Shown: positions 1 through 8,083 of the stretch, one piece after another
Numbering within the stretch: position 1 is the first letter of the stretch
How the letters are laid out: every line of letters begins with the position of its first letter
IMG/VR virus record: IMGVR_UViG_3300042559_000133
Coordinates: 1 to 41,335 of that record
From: a virus
Lineage: Duplodnaviria; Caudoviricetes
Length of the DNA stretch: 41,335 nt
Reading direction: 5' to 3' (one strand)
Position numbers and translations under genes: made by a program
The notes under the pieces: model-generated
Seen by the model: the letters and a program-made list of their open reading frames with translations, nothing else
What the model was told of the DNA's origin: nothing
Database searches by the model: none

Positions 1-254
1 CTTCATGTCCTTCAAGCCGCGCGCCTGCAGCAGGTCGATGCCCTCCTGCGTCGCAGCCAGGCCGAGTTCGTGGTACGACTTCCAGTCGTCGATGATGCCC
101 TGGGCCGTCTCGGGCGTGAACATCGGGCCCATGTTGCGCGCCTGCTCGGCTGCCGTGATCTCTTCGCTGGTAGCCAGCATGCGATCCATGACGCCGCGCA
201 CTTCATCGGTGAGCTCGACGTTCAGGGACTTCAGGTCCTCGTAAATGCTCAACA
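1..254. repeat. Terminal direct repeat, copy 1 (circular-assembly overlap)
   Basis: 1-254 is identical to 41082-41335 except G127 vs T41208; the giant ORF reads through the join in frame. Confidence 0.97.
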
Positions 255-3200
255 GCCAGGAGCGGAAGCGCTGGAAGATTGGCTGCAGCTCCATGGTCGG
301 CGCCTTGCCCTCGAAGGCATAGGCCTCAAAGCCGCGGGCCCACTGTTCGTGGTACGGGCGCTGCTCCTCGAGCGGCATGGACGACCATTGCTGGATTGCG
401 CTGCGCTCTGGCGAGCCCTTGATGCCGAACCAGTCGAGCACCTTGTTCATGTCCTCGACGATTGACTTCTCACCGTCGCTGACTTGCTCGCCGGCCATGA
501 TGCGAGATTCGATGCGTGATGCTAAATCCGCACTGACCTGGAGGAAAAAATGCCCTGATTCGTGAATGAAAGTAGAGAGGTCTGCTCCCTTGAGCAGGGA
601 GATGATCGTCGGGACGCGGGTGATGTCGTCGCCGAATGCAATCTGACCGCGGGCTGGCTGTTCTAGCTCGCCGCTTTGGTAGAGTTCATCTCCAGGAGAA
701 ACTTCTCCCTCAAGCTCTCCACCATCTTCTGATGTTGTTCCGGCGTCATCGAGAAGAGATTCGATTCCTGATCCGTCGGCATTGCCAGCGGCATAGGCGT
801 CTGCGACCTTGCGGGCTGCCTCTTCGTAACTGATGTCTGCTGTTTGCCGCGCGCCGAGCTCGCCATATAGCCTCTTCTCGTAATACCAAAGGATGGCCTG
901 GATGTCGGCCACGCTCAAATTATACCCCTTGCGCTTCAGGCTCTGTTGCGCTTTATTCACGGCATCCAACATGAAGGTCCGGTCCGTCGCATTGAACGGT
1001 GCGTCCTCCAGGTTCTCGAATGCCATCTTGTAGATAGTGTTTGCCGCGCGCTCAATGTTGTGGCGCTGCAACAAAGCATCAAAGCCATCGCCTGCTTTCT
1101 CCTTGGCGTCCTTCATCCACTTGGCCTTGTCGGCCGCCTTGCCTGGCTCGGACCGGCCGACCACCAGGGCCAGCTCGGTCTTGAACCCGCGCGCCTCATA
1201 GGCATTGCGTGGAGTGACCACCTCGGACAGCACCTGGTCGTCAGAGAGCTCTGGCTTGCCGATGAGATCGGCAAAGCTGCGCAGGCTCTGAGGCGTCGGC
1301 GCCGTCAGCAGGGTGCCGCGGTATCGATTGAAGCTGCGCGACCACCAGCGGTCCATGGTCAGGTAGCCGTGCGCGCCCATCAGGTTGGCGTAGAAGGCAC
1401 CCAGCTTGGGGCCGAACTCGACGGCTGCCATCGGCATCTTGATGTGCGCCTGGTAGTCCGACTTCATCTTGCCGCCGTTGGCCTCGGCAATCTTCTTGAG
1501 CTCCTTGATGGGCAGCTCTTGCATCAGGTACGTGTGCATGGCCTGCGGACCCATCTGGTCGTACAGGCGCTGCATCTTCTCCAGGTTGTTGTTGATGCTG
1601 TCTTGGCGAGAGTGGCCACGGCTTGTCGTGAACTGGCCTTGCGTTTCACCGCCTTCGCGGAACCGGCCGTAGATGTCCATGGCCTGGGCAAAGTTGGGCA
1701 CCACCTTCTGGCCGTCCGACGTGATGGCGATCAGCGACGTCATCAGGTTGCGTGCGTCCTTGTCTTCCTTGAGCTCCGGGAACACGTCGCCCATGGTATC
1801 GAGCGCCGTCTGGAACTTGGCCGAGTACCAGCCCACGCCGGACTTCTCCGGGTTCTGCATCTCGAACAGGACCTCTTCCTGCATCCACTTGGCGATCCTG
1901 GTCACTGCCTCTGGGCTGCGATCATCAGGATTGATCAGGCCGTACTTGGACCGCTGGCGAGACTCGAGCGCCGCCGCCACTTCACGGGTCTTGTATTTGC
2001 CATCTGGCTTCAAGCCGTACTTCTTGAGCGTCTCCTTGCCTGAGCGCAGGGTCGCTGACTGGTTCAGGACGTTCGGGTCCTGCGTCGGGTTTTGGTTGAA
2101 TACCGACTTCAGCTGGCTCGGACTCCAGGCAATGAAGAAATTGCCAGCGCCACCGTTGTCGACCTCGACACCGTCATAGCCAGTGATGTCGGCAGCCTTC
2201 TCGAGGAACACTTCCGGGTCGCTGTAGAAATCGTTTTGAATCACCATGAGCTGCGACAGCGGATCGTCGTAGAACATGAATGCGTCGACCGCTGAATTGA
2301 TGACTTTGCGCTTGCCCTCGAACTCGACGTCGCCGTAGTTAGCCAGCCGATCCTCGAAATCAGGCGATGCGCGCAGCATCATCTCGACCATGTCACGGCC
2401 AAGCGCAGGCGACTCTCCCTGCCTGATCGGGTTCTGAATGGATACGTACAGCGGCATGATGTTGGCGCCTTCACCATCCGCATAGCCACCGGCGCCAGTC
2501 GGACTGGTCGTCGTGTAGTAGCCAGGGCCGTATTGATCGTTGCCCTGGTTCTCGCCGCGGAACTGCAGGCTGAACACGCCAAAATCTCTGCTTGTGCCGT
2601 GATAGACGACAAGCGGATTGCCGTTTGCGTCAACAGCGACCGAGTTCTTGAACCACTTCTTGAAGGCGTCGGTGTCTGTCGGCAGCGGCTGGTTGAAGAT
2701 GTTCGGGTCGTTGGTTGGGCGCTCGTTGGAAACGTCCTTGATCTGCTCTGGATTGAAGACGATGTATTCCGGTGGATTGTAAGCATCACCATCAAAGATC
2801 ACGCCATCATTTTCTGGCGTGAGTGCTTGAAGCGCTTTGCGTTTAGCATCGCCAAACGACATGCCTTCATCTTGATACTGTTTGATCGCTTCCGTAGTGT
2901 TCAGAGGATTGGTGATTCTGATATACGCTTCGGTAATTGCTCCGCGTGGCTCTCGTATAGATGCGCCAGGTTTGCGCGTGAAGCCTGCCGCATATTGCTT
3001 GTCGGTGGTGAAGTACGTCCCAGGAAGATCGCCCTTTGCAGAGCGAGTAGTCACGCGAGAAGTATCGAAAACCTCGATCCCTTTTTCTGTGCTTCCGTGA
3101 TAAACCTTCAGAGGTTTGCCCTCTGCATCCACCACCTTGCTCTCACTAAACCACGCCTTGAATTCCGGCGTCGGCTGTCCGTTCTGATCGAACAGCTGTC

Positions 3201-5205
3201 CCTTCGTCAGTGATTCGCCCTGCGTCTGCAGCTGATAGAGCTGGACCATCTGCTCTGGCGTGATGCCGAGCTTGGCGGCCGCCACCGAGTAATAGGACGC
3301 CAGCATGTTGGCGAACGCGGCGTTCGCTTCTGGCTTGAAGCGTCCGACCGTGTTGAGCTCTTCCAGGAACTTGTCGCGCACCACTTCACGGCTCTGATTG
3401 AATTCCGCGTCACCATTCTGCTCGACCATCATGCGCTCGAGCTTGGTCGTCATCTCCTGGTTGAAGGTCGTCTGGTATTGCTGCGATTCGGAAAACGTGT
3501 ACCCGTTAGGGTCTAACTTCAAATGATCAACCAGCGCCGTGTTCAAGTCTGTGCCGGCAACATTGGTGATGTACTCCGACGTCGGAATGCGCACGTAGCC
3601 GTTGGATGCCAAAGCCTCTGGCAGCTGCTCGGCAACGCTCGGCATCAGCTCTGCGACTTGGTCTATCAGTCCAGACTGGTTCAGAGTGTTCGCTGAAATG
3701 TACAAGTCCTGCGCCTTTGTTCCATCGGTGGTCGATTGCAAGAACTCCTGGAACACCTCTGGTGCGCGCGCGTGTGTCTTTGACTGCTCTGCTGCAGCAA
3801 CCAGTCCATCGATCATCTGCTTGGTTTGCTCGGCACTTTGGACATGCGCTTTGTGATCGTAGCCAGACCCCAGAACTGCAGCAAAACCACCGCCTGTGAA
3901 ACCGCCCACAAAGAAGCCGGCAAATGCGCTTTCCATCACGCCCTTTGACAGGTCCGTCGCTGGGTCTAGCGTGGTCTTCTCTGCCAGGTTTTGACCAAAC
4001 TGTTCACCAGCACTTTGGACAAATTCGGTCGTGCCCTCGGTCAGAAACCCCGCGGCTGTGCGCTTGAGCAAAGGGCCAGACTCACTGAATATCTTGCCGA
4101 GAAACTTGCCGGCCACCATGTTGGTGGCTGCGTCAACAATGCCGGCAATCTCTGCGGATTGCTGCGCCACTTCGCCAGCAACAACATCACGCGCCATCTC
4201 TGGTGTGTAGCCTTCATTGATCAGCTGGGCATAACGCGGTGACTTCGACATGTCTGCCTTGCTCGTCTCGAGCTCGACAGCGCCCCTGGTCTGGCCGTAT
4301 CCAACGGCGCCTTCACTCATGGCGCCGCTTATCTTTGCCATCTTGATGGCTGCTTCACGCTGCGCGAGCAGTGCAGCTTCGTTACTGAGGCCAGCTTCGA
4401 GTGCGCTGGTTCTGGCAGTGGTTCCAGCATTCTTGGTCAGGTATGCCGTGGCCATCAATGCCAGCGTGGTTGGCAATGATTCGATCGCATCGCCGACAAT
4501 CTTTACAGGTGAAAGCAGAGCCGATTTGTCCGCGTCAGAGGTGAAATACACCTTGTCGCCATAAGCCGTTTTCGCGCTTTCGTTGTAGTCTTTCCCGGCT
4601 CGATCGGCTTGCTCAAACAAATGACGCGATGCGCGCGAAAAGAAGCCAGCAGGACTCTGTTGCCATTTTTTGTACTCTTCTGGCTTGTCCTTGAAAAGGA
4701 TCGCCGCCTCGTTTGAATTGAGGGCTCCTACTACTTCGCCCGTCAATACAGTGGCCGTGCCAGTGAGGTTGAACCATCCGGCTCTGGCCTTTGCCCAGGC
4801 AAAACTGCTGGCGCTGCTGGCCCACTTTTCAATGCCAGCCAGAACGCCGCTGTCATCATGTGCCAGCTTGGCGAAGTCTGCGTCGGTGTACTTCCTCTCG
4901 AGCACCGGCGTGCCTCTGACATTCTGCTCGATCTGCTGAACCTTGGCGCGCCGGTTCATGTCATCCGGTAGCGCTGACACTGCGGCAGGCACGGTGTTCA
5001 GTCGCTTGGCGATTTCCCGCTCCCTGGCGAACGCATCAGGGTTGGTGTCGACGGCAGTCGACGTTGTTGCACGAAACACCTGCTTCTGGCGCTGCTGCTC
5101 ATCGCGCATCATGTCCAGGTAGGGATTGCCACCAGGAGCACTGTCAGCCTGGCCGGAACCGGGCATCGCTTCGTTCTTGAGCATGTCTAGGTATTCGTTT
5201 GCCAT
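1..5205 (-). CDS. Giant internal-virion/DNA ejection polyvalent protein, N-terminal 1735 codons (continues at 41081->37539; ~2915 aa total)
   Basis: ATG at 5205, just after the upstream stop (5209-5211). Hand translation (MANEYLDMLKNEAMP...) shows no stop down to base 1 and joins ORF 37539..41333 in frame. Contains an AHDD motif (possibly LPD22-like), a Gly/Ala hydrophobic segment, two ART-PolyVal-like domains, an HhH glycosylase-like domain and an HESGH zincin motif. Position is that of the third podovirus ejection protein. Confidence 0.92.
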   Translation of the reverse strand, partial: MANEYLDMLKNEAMPGSGQADSAPGGNPYLDMMRDEQQRQKQVFRATTSTAVDTNPDAFAREREIAKRLNTVPAAVSALPDDMNRRAKVQQIEQNVRGTPVLERKYTDADFAKLAHDDSGVLAGIEKWASSASSFAWAKARAGWFNLTGTATVLTGEVVGALNSNEAAILFKDKPEEYKKWQQSPAGFFSRASRHLFEQADRAGKDYNESAKTAYGDKVYFTSDADKSALLSPVKIVGDAIESLPTTLALMATAYLTKNAGTTARTSALEAGLSNEAALLAQREAAIKMAKISGAMSEGAVGYGQTRGAVELETSKADMSKSPRYAQLINEGYTPEMARDVVAGEVAQQSAEIAGIVDAATNMVAGKFLGKIFSESGPLLKRTAAGFLTEGTTEFVQSAGEQFGQNLAEKTTLDPATDLSKGVMESAFAGFFVGGFTGGGFAAVLGSGYDHKAHVQSAEQTKQMIDGLVAAAEQSKTHARAPEVFQEFLQSTTDGTKAQDLYISANTLNQSGLIDQVAELMPSVAEQLPEALASNGYVRIPTSEYITNVAGTDLNTALVDHLKLDPNGYTFSESQQYQTTFNQEMTTKLERMMVEQNGDAEFNQSREVVRDKFLEELNTVGRFKPEANAAFANMLASYYSVAAAKLGITPEQMVQLYQLQTQGESLTKGQLFDQNGQPTPEFKAWFSESKVVDAEGKPLKVYHGSTEKGIEVFDTSRVTTRSAKGDLPGTYFTTDKQYAAGFTRKPGASIREPRGAITEAYIRITNPLNTTEAIKQYQDEGMSFGDAKRKALQALTPENDGVIFDGDAYNPPEYIVFNPEQIKDVSNERPTNDPNIFNQPLPTDTDAFKKWFKNSVAVDANGNPLVVYHGTSRDFGVFSLQFRGENQGNDQYGPGYYTTTSPTGAGGYADGEGANIMPLYVSIQNPIRQGESPALGRDMVEMMLRASPDFEDRLANYGDVEFEGKRKVINSAVDAFMFYDDPLSQLMVIQNDFYSDPEVFLEKAADITGYDGVEVDNGGAGNFFIAWSPSQLKSVFNQNPTQDPNVLNQSATLRSGKETLKKYGLKPDGKYKTREVAAALESRQRSKYGLINPDDRSPEAVTRIAKWMQEEVLFEMQNPEKSGVGWYSAKFQTALDTMGDVFPELKEDKDARNLMTSLIAITSDGQKVVPNFAQAMDIYGRFREGGETQGQFTTSRGHSRQDSINNNLEKMQRLYDQMGPQAMHTYLMQELPIKELKKIAEANGGKMKSDYQAHIKMPMAAVEFGPKLGAFYANLMGAHGYLTMDRWWSRSFNRYRGTLLTAPTPQSLRSFADLIGKPELSDDQVLSEVVTPRNAYEARGFKTELALVVGRSEPGKAADKAKWMKDAKEKAGDGFDALLQRHNIERAANTIYKMAFENLEDAPFNATDRTFMLDAVNKAQQSLKRKGYNLSVADIQAILWYYEKRLYGELGARQTADISYEEAARKVADAYAAGNADGSGIESLLDDAGTTSEDGGELEGEVSPGDELYQSGELEQPARGQIAFGDDITRVPTIISLLKGADLSTFIHESGHFFLQVSADLASRIESRIMAGEQVSDGEKSIVEDMNKVLDWFGIKGSPERSAIQQWSSMPLEEQRPYHEQWARGFEAYAFEGKAPTMELQPIFQRFRSWLLSIYEDLKSLNVELTDEVRGVMDRMLATSEEITAAEQARNMGPMFTPETAQGIIDDWKSYHELGLAATQEGIDLLQARGLKDMK
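330..660 (-). other. Zincin-like metallopeptidase motif in the giant protein
   Basis: ARGQIAF...ADLSTFIHESGHFFL (HExxH at 564-550), with downstream HEQWARGFEAY as a candidate third ligand. Confidence 0.65.
663..794 (-). CDS. Candidate overprinted small protein (39-43 aa) nested in the giant ORF
   Basis: MPLAMPTDQESNLFSMTPEQHQKMVESLREKFLLEMNSTKAAS* (ATG at 794 or 782). Over 661-780, 29/38 codons end in G/C in this frame against 13/40 in the giant frame. Confidence 0.5.
   Translation of the reverse strand: MPLAMPTDQESNLFSMTPEQHQKMVESLREKFLLEMNSTKAAS
840..2040 (-). other. HhH-GPD/endonuclease III-like (DUF7178-like) helical domain in the giant protein
   Basis: Motifs GVGWY, LIAITSDGQKVVPNF, FGPKLGAFYANLMG, LTMDRWWSR, VADIQAILWYYEK; the GPK lysine and T-x-D aspartate are spaced as in HhH-GPD glycosylases. 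Confidence 0.6.
2095..2675 (-). other. ART-PolyVal-like ADP-ribosyltransferase domain 2 in the giant protein
   Basis: TDAFKKWFKNSVAVDANGNPLVVYHGT...YGPGYYTT...GYA...IMPLYVSIQNP...GYDGV...FFIAWSPSQLKSV. Confidence 0.8.
2725..3171 (-). other. ART-PolyVal-like ADP-ribosyltransferase domain 1 in the giant protein
   Basis: TPEFKAWFSESKVVDAEGKPLKVYHGS...GTYFTTDKQYAAGF...AYIRITNPL...DGVIF...PEYIVFNPEQIK. Confidence 0.85.
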
Positions 5206-5208
5206 GTC

Positions 5209-7380
5209 TTATTTCCGGCTAATGCGTTTTTCGACGTATTGCTTCTTGATGTTTTCTTCAGTAGGCGCGTACTTCGGAATCGGGTTTTCTTTGTACATTT
5301 CTCGCAAAGCCTCAGTAATCTTCACCCGATCTTCACGTGGCACGCGCACCCTCTTTATTTCTTCAGGTCTGACAGTGACAGCCGGAACCTCTTCCTCACC
5401 CCACCATTCACCCTCGATCGTGACAGTGCGAGCCATGATGTCGCGCATCATCTTGCCCTTTTCTTCCTTAGACATCGGACCGCGATTGTTCTTTGCATTG
5501 ATCTCGAGCTGCTCGTCGATTCGAGACTTGGCCAAGCCGAGTCGCTCTTTGTCTTTTGTGCTCTTGCTGCTGTCATAAGGCTTGAGCTGGAACTCGTCAG
5601 CAATCGCATTGAATTGCTCTTTATCCATGGCCGCCGTGATCTTGCCTTCGCGGTTTTGTAGCTGTTCCCACTTGCTCAACAGTGCGCCAGTCTGTCGATC
5701 GCCAAGAGTAGGCAGCAGAGCCTGCACTTGCTGGCGCGACATCGTCGACAACACATCTGGATCACTGTAGCTGTAGTAAGCGCCAGACGTTTTTCTTTCT
5801 TGCTGCGCTTGCAGTCGGTTCTTGTCCTCGATGCTGCGTGCCCACAACATGTGGTTGCGATCGTTGACGTGTTCAGCAATCTGATTCTGCTTGTCACCAG
5901 GCAGCGCCAGGTACTCAGGCATGCGCTTTATCTTGTCCATGGACGTGCCGTTCTTGTAGGCCTCCATGACCTTGTTGGTGTTCCCGGCGTTGACCTCAGT
6001 GTCTTGGGCATTCCACGATTGACCGCGGCTGCGCAGCTCGTTGATCGTCGACTGCACCTTCTGCGGGTCATCCGGGAACATCTTGCGAGCCTCGGCTTCC
6101 ATCTCAAACTGCTTGATGGGGTCGTTCGCCTTCTTGGGCCCCAGGGCTGACCAGATTTTGTCTGCCGTCTCCATGCCGGTCTGAGCATTGTCAAACACGC
6201 GCACGCGATCATCCATCCTGCCGTAGACCTTGGTGTCGATCTCGGTGACGTGACTCTTCAGATATGCGCTGGCTTCCTTGGCCTGGCCGAGACTCAGCAT
6301 CTGAGTCACGACGTCTTCGTGCATGCTTGTCAGCGCCCTGGTCTTGATTGCTTTGGCGGCTTCAGAGCCAGGAGCAAACTTGCTCGCAGCAGCCAGCTCA
6401 TCAGCGAGCTCGACGATTTTTTGCTTGTTCGTCGAAAACAAGCCAGTCGGTTTGCCGTCGGCATCTTTGTCTCTCCAGCTGATCCACGATGAAGCGGCCG
6501 CCTGGCTGGCATTCTCAAGACCAGCCGTGAGCTCCTTCACCTTGCCGGCATTGAGCACGTCGAGCGCTTTGTCTCGAGTGCCTTCCGCCATCTCGTTCTT
6601 GAACTTGTTGAAGTAGGCGTCCGCTTCCTTGGCCTTGCCGGTGGCAATCAAATGATCGATCGATCCAGCGTGCAGCTTGGTGCGCTCTGACAGCATCAGG
6701 TCTTTGGTCGCGTCAGACAGGCCCTCGAAGGAGTTCTCCGGGTTGATGTCTTTCTGAAAGCCCTTCAGCTGTGCCAGCTTTAATACCTTGCGATCGAACG
6801 CCATCTTGTAGACGTCGAATGCGCCGTCTGGCGTGCTGAAGCTCTCAGCGTTGATCGCGGCATTATTGCGCTCGATGTCGATGCTGGCGGCTGTTTCGGT
6901 CAGGTTGTACTGGCGGGCTTGTGCGCCAGCGTGCACGTCGATCTGGCGCAGTGACGTAGCCAGGCGCTGATCTGACACTGCCTGGAACATCTGACGCTGC
7001 ATCGGGTTCTGCAGCTTTGCCGCCAGTGCTTCGCGCTTCTCTTCCAGGGCCTTGCGCGTCTGTTCATGCTGATCAATCGCTGCCTTGCCCTGCAAGTTAA
7101 GGTATCCGTTGTTCGGGTCGTCCAGCAATGCAGATGCGGACTGCACCAGCTCCGAGTCCATCCGCTTGACTTCAGCCTCGTTGATGTCCTTCTGGATGTC
7201 GATGGCAATCTTGGAGAACGCGTCACCGGCGCGCTGCATGTTGTCGCCTGCGCTCTGAAGCATGCGACCAGGCAGCGTGGCCATCTCGCTACTGACGACG
7301 GACGGTTGGCCGCCGGAGAACGCGCCCATATTGGGATTCTCGGCGACCTGGAAATTGTCGTAGGTGGGTACTTTTGGCAT
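5209..7380 (-). CDS. Internal virion/ejection protein (second ejection protein), 723 aa
   Basis: MPKVPTYD N-terminus typical of this position in epsilon15/BPP-1-like phages; helical composition; lies between the small and giant ejection genes. Confidence 0.75.
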   Translation of the reverse strand: MPKVPTYDNFQVAENPNMGAFSGGQPSVVSSEMATLPGRMLQSAGDNMQRAGDAFSKIAIDIQKDINEAEVKRMDSELVQSASALLDDPNNGYLNLQGKAAIDQHEQTRKALEEKREALAAKLQNPMQRQMFQAVSDQRLATSLRQIDVHAGAQARQYNLTETAASIDIERNNAAINAESFSTPDGAFDVYKMAFDRKVLKLAQLKGFQKDINPENSFEGLSDATKDLMLSERTKLHAGSIDHLIATGKAKEADAYFNKFKNEMAEGTRDKALDVLNAGKVKELTAGLENASQAAASSWISWRDKDADGKPTGLFSTNKQKIVELADELAAASKFAPGSEAAKAIKTRALTSMHEDVVTQMLSLGQAKEASAYLKSHVTEIDTKVYGRMDDRVRVFDNAQTGMETADKIWSALGPKKANDPIKQFEMEAEARKMFPDDPQKVQSTINELRSRGQSWNAQDTEVNAGNTNKVMEAYKNGTSMDKIKRMPEYLALPGDKQNQIAEHVNDRNHMLWARSIEDKNRLQAQQERKTSGAYYSYSDPDVLSTMSRQQVQALLPTLGDRQTGALLSKWEQLQNREGKITAAMDKEQFNAIADEFQLKPYDSSKSTKDKERLGLAKSRIDEQLEINAKNNRGPMSKEEKGKMMRDIMARTVTIEGEWWGEEEVPAVTVRPEEIKRVRVPREDRVKITEALREMYKENPIPKYAPTEENIKKQYVEKRISRK

Positions 7381-7398
7381 CTCTTAATCCTTGGCCGA

Positions 7399-8025
7399 TT
7401 ACGGGAACGCGCCCGTAATGGTTTTGCTGCCTGGTGGCGCAGCTCTTGGCGTGGTGCCAGACCCACCAAATGCGCCGACCTTGTTCATGAAGTACCAGTT
7501 CGAGGCGACGCTGGTGGCGCCCTGGACCAGGCTATTGAAAGCCATCGCGGTTGGGTTGATGGCATCCGCTTGAGCTGTGACACCAGACGCGCCAGCTCGC
7601 TTCAGGCGTGCGTCGTTCTCGTAGCTAACCCGCTTCATGCGTGCGTTGTTGGCGGCTCGCACGTAGTTTTCTTCGACGGTCAGTGCGTCGACCTTGGTCA
7701 TCAGTTCGGTGCTGACAAAGTTTCGCAGTGCTGTGTCGCTCCTGACGTCAACGCCATTGGCGGCCGTAGCGGCTCGCTGTGTGCTCTTGACCTGTGCGCC
7801 GCGCAGCTTGACTGACTGCTCGCGTCGCTGGCCTGCGCTGATCTCGTTCTGCGCTTCGAGTTCAGACAGGCGAGCATTCATCTCTGAAACGTCCGCCTGG
7901 TACTGCAATGCGCTGGCCTGCGAGGCCATCGCCATCTTTTGCCCTTGCGCAGCAGAATAGGAGCCCATCGCGCTGGTTAGCACGCCGACTCCCTGCATCG
8001 CTATGGCGGTGGTAGCAAATGACAT
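7399..8025 (-). CDS. Small internal virion/ejection protein, 208 aa
   Basis: Ala/Gly/Ser-rich, hydrophobic N-terminus, QRAATAANGVD motif; follows the tail nozzle gene. Confidence 0.75.
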   Translation of the reverse strand: MSFATTAIAMQGVGVLTSAMGSYSAAQGQKMAMASQASALQYQADVSEMNARLSELEAQNEISAGQRREQSVKLRGAQVKSTQRAATAANGVDVRSDTALRNFVSTELMTKVDALTVEENYVRAANNARMKRVSYENDARLKRAGASGVTAQADAINPTAMAFNSLVQGATSVASNWYFMNKVGAFGGSGTTPRAAPPGSKTITGAFP

Positions 8026-8049
8026 GTCTTGCCCTTTTTCGTATTCAAG

Positions 8050-8082
8050 ACCTTACCCTGTGGCGCGCGCATTACGCGCACC
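8050..8082 (-). promoter_or_regulatory. Putative late promoter GGTGCGCGTA-N17-TAAGGT
   Basis: Intergenic; same motif and 17-nt spacing as 14304-14336, 17269-17301 and 37505-37537. Confidence 0.65.
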
Positions 8083-8083
8083 A

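Noticed and set aside
946-2043. Long antisense ORFs (946-2043, 11966-13498, 14800-15939, 25083-26336, 38637-40094)
   Set aside because: Shadows of GC-rich genes on the opposite strand, with no recognisable motifs.
2379-2795. Nested same-strand ORF after ART1 as a second immunity gene
   Set aside because: Ser/Thr/Arg-rich shifted-frame composition overlapping conserved ART motifs, without the codon-bias switch seen at 663-794.
8072-8082. GGTGCGCGTAA boxes as additional dif/XerC arms
   Set aside because: They resemble the XerC arm but lack the core and XerD arm; the fixed 17-nt spacing to a -10 fits promoters better.
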